Both the position numbers and the translations under genes were made by a program. From Lingula anatina (taxonomy: Eukaryota; Animalia; Brachiopoda): a stretch of DNA of 64,000 nt. Under the pieces are notes generated by a model, which did not search any database, was not told the origin of the DNA, and saw nothing but the letters and a program-made list of their open reading frames with translations. The stretch is from the NCBI GenBank assembly GCA_051362555.1, contig CM120640.1, positions 6,634,001-6,698,000 on the forward strand, read 5' to 3'. Below, piece by piece: positions 1 through 18,300 of the stretch (within the stretch, counting starts at the first letter, position 1; each line of letters begins with the position of its first letter).

Positions 1-128
1 TTTGTGTAAGGCAAACACTGTCCCACACTGATTAGCCTTTAAGACAGTGATCCATCATGATAACCTGCTGATAATTGCTAGGTTAAAGAGGAGAACTTCT
101 ATAAACTGGCTTAAGAATATGAACTGAG

Positions 129-883
129 TTATAACTGACCGATGTTCCTGGCAACACTACCTGTAGAGAAACTCAGTGTTATCTTATATCACTGCTGCCA
201 TGAGTACACATTCTTTGACAGTATTTTTGAAAGCCATGATTGCACAGACATTTTTTATTTCATCAACTTTTAAAAAATATGCTGCTAAATAGCATCTAAC
301 TTCATTCAATTCATTTAAAGTATCATCAAACTAAAAAGGGTTGTTAAAAAATAAATTTTTATTGCAATACCTTCTTTTACTTCCAGACTAACTTCAAATG
401 TGTAGGATCTGACATCAAACTTTTCCAGAGGATAAGTTTTATCATCCACCATCAACTGGCTCACATATGCTCCCACTGGCACCTTGACATAGTCAGACTC
501 ATACAACTCCTTGCTCTTACTCCAACGCAGGCAAACAGGCTGGTCCTGCAATTAATCAGTCTTATCAGTCTTCCTAATAGGAAAACACCCTCGTACTTAC
601 TTCATTTATTTCACCTTAAGTATATATAATTAGCAACATCTCACTTTTTTATCACATCAGAAAAATTCTAGGTCACAACATATTCACATGCCTAAAAGCA
701 ACTTTTCTTGATAAAAGAGTAATATTGTGAAAGAATTCTGAGACATTTCTAACATATTTATCTATAACTTACCCTATCAAAAGCACCCAGCAGGAAAACT
801 TCTACAGCTTTTGTTTCAACAGTCCGTGGCCAACGAAACTTGCAGTTTGCTTCAATTACAGGTGACATATCCACCTCTGTCAT
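129..883 (-). CDS. Small uncharacterised spliced gene with an N-terminus resembling an AMPK-beta-type CBM48/glycogen-binding fold; may continue beyond the left edge
   Basis: Exon 883-773 (ATG; MTEVDMSPVIEANCKFRWPRTVETKAVEVFLLGAFDR; donor GTAAG) splices in phase 0 to exon 545-371 (DQPVCLRWSKSKELYESDYVKVPVGAYVSQLMVDDK...). A candidate last exon 160-129 (acceptor TTTCTCTACAG) adds GSVARNIGQL*, giving 105 aa. The FRWP..VEVFLLGAFD....G.Y...L.VD pattern recalls CBM48; the domain call is inference. Confidence 0.5.
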
Positions 884-3800
884 ATTCCTCTGCTATTTTG
901 CACTATTATAAAATAATAAATCAAAATTATTGAATGATAACATCACAAAACCAATGCAACATGTCACTGCTTTCTTCAGGCAAAAAAAGGGTTTGTGTGC
1001 AGAATTGATATAAATCTATGATATTTGCTATGTAAATATAATAATAGATGCAGTATATTCTTGATACTTCACTGATAAGGAGTTATTTGTTGGCGAAGTG
1101 GATGAAAGCAGAGTAGTACTAATTATTTTTTTTCTTTGCGTTAGAACACAAACCATTAAAAAAAATAACATAAATGAAAGATCTGTTTCAAAACATGGTA
1201 TGTCGTTTACAATAAAAAATCGGAACTGGAAAGGAAAGTCTTCATGTTTACACATATATATTTTTATATATGAGGATGTGACTTGTTATTTTTTTCTTTA
1301 GGTTGATGGGTAAATAATATGATTTATACCTGGTCATTATCATAGTAACAGTTGAGTTCTAAGTTACCATTATTCCATAAACTTATTTATTTATCTATTT
1401 GTTCACTTATTATAATGCCATTGATTATTGCTCTCTAATTTGTCTCATTATTATCATTAATCATGTTTTTTTAATCTTATTTTTGTTTATTGTTGTCTTA
1501 ACTTTTTACTAGTATCATGCTAACAAAATGATTTTTCTCAGCTAATAAATATTGAAACCACCTTTGCCTAAATTGAATAACTTAATAGGCTAGTGTCCAG
1601 TTTCCCTTCCCTTCAAAGCAATGCCTGGCGTGTGTAATGAATGACTTCAAGTTCAAGACTCACAATCCCAAGGTCTATTGATCAGAAGATTTTTAAAGTT
1701 TGTTCAAAAGTTCAATATTATACACCATCCTGATCAGAAAAATAAGATGGCAACATTTTCTGCAGATACTGTCATTCATACTGAATATCTCTAGAGAGTC
1801 CCATGATTCTATGTTGCAACTGGCCTTCAACCCATAATTCTTTTAAATGCAATTTCTGTCTTATTTCAACCTACTAGTATGAACCCTTGGGCATATCAAC
1901 CTGCAAACTGTCATCTCAATACTTGGTCCCGAGATCTTGATTTCAAATCAGAGATAACCACAACCCAATTTTTTCTAATGGGGTTGACATCAGTGACAGA
2001 TGTCTAAGGCTTGCCCCTGCAATAATAGATTTTCCAGATATCACTGTAGACAGAGACGGTTTAATGAGTACCTAATGTTAATTGCCAGGGTAATAAAGTC
2101 TAGGTCTGAATAAAGTCTAGGTTTGAGTAAAGGATAAAAACAATATAGAATGCCGAGTCCACAATAGACAGTTCTTCACAAAATTCAGCACTTAAATAAT
2201 TAATCTTTCAGGACATCTGCCTCTAGTGAGAAGTATCAAAATAAACATTTCTACTTCGGTCCCCAATATGTACAGCCCTTGGTTATGAATCTTTTCATGC
2301 ATATGGAATGTCCTAAACTTATATAATTTAAGTACGTTTAATTATTCAAGCGTGGGCCCGAAATAGGATATTACTTTTTCGACTTACTTAGCGGATCTTT
2401 GTCGAGACTAACATCCTTCCCGCGAAGAAATCAGAATGAATGAGTGAATGCAGTGTCGAAATTGACTTTACAAATTACACCTAAAAATGGAGTCAAAATT
2501 GTTATTGCATTCACGTATATTTGAAGTACTATGATACACATTCAACACCCGTCCTTCAACTTAACGCCATACCCACCTATGTGCCAAATCTCTTAATACA
2601 TGTAGCCCAAAAGTTAATCTTCTAAATCCTTGTTGACAAAATTGCCGCTTCTCTAGGTCGTCATGTTTTTGGCCTCATTCTCGGTTCAATTCAAATTGCG
2701 ACCTTTGCCCACAATATCACACCTATCGCAATCTAGCCAAGTTAACCCGCACACTTGGCAATTTCTCCTTTTTCTCCTTTGCATTGTTAGACAAAATTTT
2801 ATAAAATTTAATATTCATTTCACACTTATAATAGTAAAAGGTAAATGTTTTATCAAAATTTATTATGTGCATAGCAATACACATACAAAAGTACTATAGG
2901 AAAATACATATTGCCAAATGTCATGGCATTTATCAACTTCCAACAATCAAATGTCTACACATCTCCATTGTTAACCTTGAAAACATCAAAATGTTCAACA
3001 CCATAAAACAAATATGGACGGTATAGCAAAACTACATTTCTTCTAGCTTACACAGTATGCAAGCCCTTACATTCTACTTTTAAAAAGTGACCCTTTTTGA
3101 TTGGAATGTAAACATAACATTTCATCTTCTTAATGCATTTATCTGACTAAGAGATTGTCACACACAATATCCATAAATGAAAAAATATATATACACTTAG
3201 TACTATAACAGTAAAAACAAACGTTTAAGGATAATGAACAGGTTTGACATGAAGAACAGAACTTACTAACTTTACATAGGGTTAAAAATTAAGCACCAAT
3301 ACGAAATTCTAAAATTCTACATTGCAGATAATTACTAATACTGAGTGCTTTGAGCGGGGCAGTTACGCAATCCGACATCCCCACAGTACAATAGATGCAG
3401 GAAGATAAAACAGAATGAATAATGATAAATTTGGGTTCAAATGAAGAAGTTAAGTGATCTATCTCCTTTTAAAATCTGCTTCAACCCATGGTAAGATCCA
3501 ATAACACTTTCATAATGGATCTTTAAAATATCCATAGTTTAATCACTGCTCATATTAATGCAGACAACTCTTTGAATAAAATGACAAAAAGAGAATAAAA
3601 ATTTTAAAAATTGTGGCAATATAAACTGTTATAATAAACAAATTATAAGCAATTACATACAAATTACTCAAGGTACTTTGTCAAGATCCTATAATAAGAA
3701 TTTTACGTCTTAGTCCATAAGTTCAACATCATCCATATATCTCATTTGTTTTCTTTTTTTTTTTAACAGTGGTAAGGACACAAAGATGGGTGGAAATAAT

Positions 3801-3939
3801 TCCAATCAAATTCTGAATCCTTGGTGGGAATGAACAGGACAATCCAAAGGATGTCAATAATGTGTACATCACATTCTCCAAAGATTTGCTATACAAGTGC
3901 TAATGTATTGCAACATTCCCAAATGTTTATTGACCAAGA

Positions 3940-10859
<6,920 letters not shown>

Positions 10860-11207
10860 GCTGATCATTGCATTTGCGGTTCAGTCTTATGCAGTATATC
10901 CTTGTCACTGTTCCTGTGCTTATAGAAATCGTAGATAGTTCTTAGGCCTACAATAATTTCAAAGCCACGGTGGTTTAAATGTGACACTTTGTGTTCTGAT
11001 CCATGTCGTATTTTTGGGATGATTACCGTACAAAACGACGTTATTTCTGTTCAGAATATATTGTAACCATAAATAATATCACTCACGATTAAACTTATGT
11101 TTCATTTAACCTGTATATCTGATAATCAATTATACTAAAGAGCTACAAGAAAGCACTGTGATGTTACCTGTTATTAGTCGTTGCTATTTTGATCTGTGTA
11201 GTTTTCG

Positions 11208-11215
11208 TGACGTCA
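11208..11215. promoter_or_regulatory. Palindromic CRE (TGACGTCA) in the CpG-containing region upstream of ARL13B
   Basis: Exact TGACGTCA about 350 bp upstream of the ARL13B ATG; function not shown. Confidence 0.3.
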
Positions 11216-12364
11216 TCAAATATTGTGTACGTGTGTCGGAGTGTAAATATAGCAAAACCATGGGGCATGAGTCTGCCCACGTAAAGGACATACCCAACAG
11301 TTTTAGTCCTGGGCTCTGCGAAGAAAGTTACGCAAAAGAAGATATAACAGGAGTAAAAATATAGTTGATCAGTAACGTGGAGAATATCAGATGTGACGTG
11401 AATCTTCTGTCTGCGTAGTTCAACTACCTGTATGATTACCAGTCAATTCATCACAGGAAACGGTTCCTGCAATTTACGTCAACGACAAACGCCTTTACAT
11501 ATTTCAAAGAACTGTTAAAACAAGACTTGGAATATTTTGCTGTGGTCTTCATTTAATTACTTAGGAATTCTGCTTAATTCAGCTGTGTGTGTGTAGTAAA
11601 ATGAAACTTACAATGTATAATATTTAACATTTTCATTTTATTGACATTTAAGTAGTCAACAGTGAACCAAAAATAAATATCACTCAAGAAAAAACCCACT
11701 ATTGAAACAGGATTTTTTCACACATTCTCGAGTGCTCTTTTATAAAATCAATTTGAATGTAAATTAACAAGCCTTCACATAGCCTTGAAAATTACAAACA
11801 CAATTGTTCGAAATATTACACCAAAAATATGTAATCTAAAGTCACTTTACAGATGGTGGGGATTCTTTTGCATATCTTGAAAAAAATGTTGCGCTTCTAG
11901 GAGATGCAGCTGTTCAAAGAAAAAACTTACATAAAATAATATTCAGTCTGGGGTGAATTAATGGCTTCTACTAAGTACACGTATATGATGAATATACATG
12001 TAAGAACATGCATTTTGAAACTAAAAAATTTGTCCATGCCTTTGTGATGTAAACAAGTTGGACTAGATTCTCTTATACATGCATACTTCTTTGGCTTTTG
12101 TTGCATAAGATCAAGATGGATTTCAACACATCTCTGCTTAGAAAATGTCAGTACACATTTTAACAAAGCTTCAAATATGATTTGAAAAATGAGCCTTAAC
12201 AACAGTGGGGAACACTTTCAACTAACAAAAAATAAATTTAATTCTCTATCTCGGCCTGTTAAAGAAAAAGGCAGAGATACATGAAACTGATCTGAATATA
12301 AAAATTACTGCATAAATCCACCATGAAGGTAGATAACATTTACAACTTGTCAAAAATCTTCAAT

Positions 12365-15300
12365 TTATTCATTCAGCTTGTTGAAATACTTGAGCTTGTC
12401 AGCTGGGTTTGGAATGATCTGAAATTGGCAAAAGTAAACTTATCAAATTTGAACATCAGTGCACTGAAAAAAGTCTAAACTACTCAATGCTTTTTGGTCG
12501 TAGCATTAATTTTTTCGTTTCATATTTTACTTTTCTACATGCTAAATGGTGCATGGAAACATGAAATTTATTTCTTAATCAATACAAAAAAGGTCCAATA
12601 ATGATTAGTCATAAAGTTCTAGCCTCAATTACATTGAGAACTTATATCATAGCAATTAACCGAACATATTAAAATTCAAAAGCAATTCAAAGGCAATATA
12701 AGGCTGTTACTTACAGTGTCGCCACCTGGTTTCCATCCTGCAGGGCACACCTCTCCATGCTGGTCAGTGTACTGGAATGCTTGTACCAGCCGCAGAGTTT
12801 CATCCACAGATCTGCCCACTGGCAGGTCATTCATGGTGATTTGTCGCAATGTTCCCTTATCATCAATAATGAAAAGTCCTCTAAAGAAGAAAATAAATAA
12901 ATACAATATTAAAAATAATGTAAGTCTTCATACATGTCTCCAAATACGTAAGGATACTTAGTGATGCATTTTCATCAATATTTCACAGCAAATAGAATAA
13001 CTACTAATATTTGAAAGATGCATATTATTTACATCAACTGCTGAGACAGTATTGAAGTCAATAGACATAATATTATGTTGATACTTTCACTGCAAAAATT
13101 CTCATCTAAATATCTGCAGATTAAAAACAAAATAAAGTTACCTCAGTGTGTGCCCATTATCCTCAAGATAAACTCCATAGTCCTTGGAAATTTTATGGGT
13201 GAGATCAGACAACAGAGGAATTTTTAGAGGTCCTAATCCACCTTGGTTACGTGGAGTATTAATCCTAAGCAAAACATTTTTAAAAAATTTTACACCCATT
13301 TTTACATGCAAGTTTATAATGATCTAATTACTGGCAAGTCATCTAATACCCAACAATTAATACTTTTAACAATTTGTCATTGCACTAAAACAACAGGTTA
13401 TAAAAGTATTTTTAAAACAGGAGGTAACATCAAACACTTTAGTTACAAAAGTCGGGATGCAGTTATCCTACCCAGCTGTCAGTGTGTGCATCGTGGCGAG
13501 TTATTATCAATGTGAAAGTGTCAAAACTTTAACTTAGGCCACACTTTTTAATTTTTATGGATGACATCCTCTGGGGACCCCGAAATCGGTGCGAGAGGGC
13601 GAAAAAAAAAAAAAACCAGTCAAAAAAAAAAAAATGCTGCTTAAGTAAAGGAATGCTGTCAGTACACAGCTGGAAACTCAAATTTACCACAGAAGCGATA
13701 GTTGCTGGCCGCTGCCAGCCTTTCGCATAATTGTAAAAAAGTCTCCATGCCCAATATCAATGGCATAACGACGGCCCCGTTCTCTTTATGACTTTATGTA
13801 ACTAGAGGATCAGAGAGGCGATACCGCCTCCGAATATTGTACCACCAGCTGGAGCAAGCGCATTCGTATAGACCCCCACATACACAAAATAAGGGGTGCA
13901 GCCACCAGTCTTGTGCTTGACAAGCTGTAAAAATGCAATCAACAAGAATTTTCAAAATATGCAAAAAATATATATAACTAAAAATGGTGCAATCAAAGTT
14001 AAGTTCATTGTAAGGTAGGTCAAAGGTCAATTTCAAGGTCACAGTAAATTGCCAGTATATGACTTCCTATCCAACTTCAATAGTAACTATGGACCTATCT
14101 CTGCCAGTTTTGGAGATAAAAGGGAAGCAAAATTTGCAAAGTTCAGTTCATGGTGAAAAGTAGGTCAAAGGTCAATTTCAAGGTCACAGTAAGATTGCCA
14201 GTATATGACTTCCTATTCAACTTCAATAGTAACTATGGACCTATCTCTGCCAGTTTTGGAGATAAAAGGGAAGCAAAATTTGCAAAGTTCAGTTCATGGT
14301 GAAAAGTAGGTCAAAGGTCAATTTCAAGGTCACATTTAGATTGCCAGTATATGACTTCCTATTCAACTTCAATAGTAACTATGGACCTATCTCTGCCAGT
14401 TTTGGAGATAAAAGGGAAGCAAAATTTGCAAAGTTCAGTTCATGGTGAAAAGAAGGTCAAAGGTCAATTTCAAGGTCACAGTAAAATTGCCAGTATATGA
14501 CTTCCTATGCAAGTTCAATAGTAACTATGGACCTATCTCTGCCAGTTTTGGAGATAAAAGGGAAGCAAATTTTGCAAAGTTCAGTTCAAGGTGAAAAGTA
14601 GGTCAAAGGTCAATTTCAAGGTCACAGTAAAATTGCCAGTATATGACTTCCTATTCAAGTTCAATAGTAACTATGGACCTATCTCTGCCAGTTTTGGAGA
14701 TAAAAGGGAAGCAAAATTTGCAAAGTTCAGTTCATGGTGATAAGTAGGTCAAAGGTCAATTTCAAGGTCACAGTAAGATTGCCAGTATATGACTTCCTAT
14801 TCAACTTCAATAGTAACTATGGACCTATCTCTGCCAGTTTTGGAGATAAAAGGGAAGCAAAATTTGCAAAGTTCAGTTCATGGTGAAAAGTAGGTCAAAG
14901 GTCAATGTCAAGGTCACAGTAAGATTGCCAGTATATGACTTCCTATTCAACTTCAATAGTAACTATGGACCTATCTCTGCCAGTTTTGGAGATATAAGGG
15001 ACTAAATGTTATAATTTTGGAGTTACCATAATGTGCCATAAATTTCCTACAGAAAAAATTAATTAAAATAAAGAAAAGGTCATTTTGGTCAAAGTTCTTG
15101 AAATGGGAGGTTCTCTGAAGTTGCAGAAGTTTAAATTTGATAAAATAATGTCATTTTTGACCACAAGTTGTCTGCTTTGCCAAGCATTATGTTTTATTTT
15201 TCCGGAGTTCAAAATTTATTATCCATTACCGTACTGCACATTTTTACGGAAGCCGACTGGTGCCATATGTTGAAAAAAAAAATTATCTCGAAATTTCGAG

Positions 15301-18300
15301 ATAGCATTTTTTTTGTTCAAATTTCAAAATACTATCTCGAAATTTCGAGATAAATTTTTTTGCTCAAATATCAAAATGCTATCTCGAAATTTCGAGATAA
15401 TTTTTTTTTTGTTCAAATTTCAAAATAGTATCTCGAAATTTCGAGATAATTTTTTTTTCTACATATGGCACCAGTCGGCTTCCGTACATTTTCCTTTCCC
15501 CACCAATATGTACTTTCTGATACAGCGTAACTCGAAAACCGTATGGAATACAAAAAAACTGAGACCACCTCCAGTGTTGGGCTTTACATGCTCTACAAAA
15601 TGCAAAAAAGAATGGGTCTCTAGCATTAACGGTTCCCGAATTAGAGACAGTTTTCAGTTTCGGTATCTTATGGCCGCTACTCCTGTGAAAATGCACCGAT
15701 TGACCCCAAATTCACGGAGATGAAAGATGACCTGAAGGGTAACACTTTCCAATAATATTATTGGTTAAGTCTGTGTGGCGTCTGAATAACAGGGCAAAAA
15801 ATTTTTTTTTCGTAAAAAATTTCATTTTTTTGAAAATTTTGACCCATTTGACCTTGAAGTAAAGGTCAAAGGTCAAATCCGAGGGTATATTTGAAATCTA
15901 CACATATGACTTTTGGAAAGCCGTCTATAGAAATTTTTCCCGTAACTCCTTCTGTAGGGTAGATAATTAGCATTTAATTTTGCCATTTTTAGACAAGGGT
16001 GCATTGCAATGAGTGCCACACCCAGACCCCAATACCGACAAAGCCCAAATTTTACGTGGAACGAGTTGAGATTATAGGTGACCTAAATCCATGAGATGGG
16101 TACGGGGGCCCTTACCGTCTAGGAGGAGAAGCGGTAACGGTAACATGGCGGCGGAGCCGGCGAACGGACCGGACGGGACCGAAACCATGTGTACCGCCAG
16201 CGCTAACGCTGGTGGTAAATTTTTTTGTTCAAATTTCAAAATAGTATCTCGAAATTTCGAGATAATTTTTTTTTCTACATATGGCACCAGTGGGCTTCCG
16301 TACATTTTCCTTTCACCACCAATATGTACTTTTTGATACAGCGTAACTCGAAAACCGTATGGAATACAAAAAAACCGAGACCACCTCCAGTGTTGGGCTT
16401 TACATGCTCTACAAAATGCAAAAAAGAATGGGTCTCTAGCATTAACGGTTCCCGAATTAGAGACAGTTTTCAGTTTCGGTATCTTATGGCCGCTACTCCT
16501 GTGAAAATGCACCGATTGACCCCAAATTCACGGAGATGAAAGATGACCTGAAGGGTAACACTTTCCAATAATATTATTGGTTAAGTCTGTGTGGTGTCTG
16601 AATAACAGGGCAAAAAATTTTTTTTTCGTAAAAAATTTCATTTTTTTGAAAATTTTGGCCCATTTGACCTTGAAGTAAAGGTCAAAGGTCAAATCCGAGG
16701 GTATATTTGAAATCTACACATATGACTTTTGGAAAGCCGTCTGTAGAAATTTTTCCCGTAACTCCTTCCGTAGGGTAGATAATTAGCATTTAATTTTGCC
16801 ATTTTTGGACAAGGGTGCATTGCAATGAGTGCCACACCCAGACCCCAATACCGACAAAGCCCAAATTTTACGTGGAACGAGTTGAGATTATAGGTGACCT
16901 AAATCCATGAGATGGGTATGGGGGGCCTTACCGTCTAGGAGGAGAAGCGGTAACGGTAGCCGTCCGGCGGAGCCGGCGGAACGATCCGGACGAGACCGAA
17001 ACCATGTGTACCGCCAGCGCTAACGCTGGTGGTACAATTAATTGTCCTGTAATTTGAAAGTAATCCTAGAGATGAATTTGATGGCAAAGCGGCCACATTT
17101 CCACGTGGCAGTAATACGCATGCGCAGAAAGCACATTTTCCGGCAAATTCAATAACGACGTTTGCGACAACCGACTTCGATGGGGAGGGGGGGGGTGATT
17201 TTTTTTTTTTTTTGGAGAACGGACGAAAATCGGTGCGCGCGCAGGATGTCATCCATAAAAATAAAAAAGTGTGGCCTTACCATGCCAAGTGCGTAAATTG
17301 AGAGTCAACTGAACAGGCAACAACCTCTGCATTGATAGCTCTGAATTCCTCTACTCTGTCACTAAAGGCAATGATTTCTGTTGGACAAACAAAGGTACTG
17401 AAACAAAATAATAATATTTAGTTGCCAATTTCTTCATCTTCAAACATCAACTTTTAGAATTTTTATGCCTGAATAATGAGTTTACAAACATTACACTAGC
17501 CAAATGCAACTTTTTTATTGGGTTAGTCATTTAGTGGATATAATATAATTTCACAATATTACCTACAATTATTATAATCTGAATATAACAAAGTTTTATT
17601 GATTACAAAAAACTTTGCACAGGCCAATGTTCATCAGAATAAAAGTCTCATAAAATGGGAGTTTTTATGGTTGAAAACAGGTAAAAAGTCTTCAATCGTG
17701 ACATTACTTGTGGGAAATGTCCTATTCAGTAACTACTTACAAGTCCAATGGGTAAAAGAAGAATACCAGGTATTTTCCTTTGAAGTCTGTCAATTTTAGC
17801 TCTTTGAACTCTCCATCTACAACAGCTGTGCCTTCAAAATGGGGTGCTGCTTTTGAAACTGTAGAGACAACAAAGTCAATTTTTACTGCAATATTGTATC
17901 CATTTATACTTACAAATTACAATAAAACTCGGTCCTCTCTATGTTTATATGAATAAAAATCTACATGTCAAGTTGTATATATGTGAAATATCTTCCACAT
18001 ATTTCTTATTGACACTGAATATTAGGCACAAATGTGCAATAGAGTCTTTTCCACGAAATCATGAGCATGCGCAGTTCGCGCCATTTTGTGCGGGACTGTT
18101 TCTCAGGGGGAAAGAGTAGAAGGGGCCTTCGGTACTTTTGTAGTATACCCCCCCCCCTCACCCTGTAACTTTCTGTAATTTTCACTTTTCAAACATTTTT
18201 TTACATTTTATTGTTTATCCATGTCAAAGCTGTTGAAATAAAATGCTTTTGTAATTACCTGTGGATTTTTTATTAGTGTTAATCACGTTTAATCCAGCCC

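Larger units (their letters stand above)
13802..17039 (-). mobile_element. Helentron/HINE (DINE-1-like) non-autonomous rolling-circle element nested in the Harbinger-like element
   Basis: 14-bp subterminal inverted repeats ATTGTACCACCAGC (13836-13849) and GCTGGTGGTACAAT (17025-17038); 5' hairpin TGTACCGCCAGCG-CTAA-CGCTGGTGGTACA (17007-17036); 3' hairpin GAGGCG-ATAC-CGCCTC (13815-13830) followed on the minus strand by terminal CTAG (13802-13805); internal tandem array. Confidence 0.75.
13537..17276. mobile_element. PIF/Harbinger-like non-autonomous element (outer element of a nest) in PRDX4 intron 3
   Basis: TIRs GGCCACACTTTTT(A/T)ATTTTTATGGATGACATCCT at both ends; 3-bp TTA duplication at 13534-13536 and 17277-17279. 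A TWA duplication with GG termini is typical of PIF/Harbinger. Confidence 0.85.

Noticed and set aside
14016-15000. Regular repeat array resembling a CRISPR array
   Set aside because: The whole 146-bp unit repeats with no unique spacers, there are no cas genes, and the context is a eukaryotic intron.
15313-16539. Duplicated 104-146 aa ORFs on both strands
   Set aside because: They arise from the 816-bp duplication and palindromic MITE sequence and show no recognisable domain.
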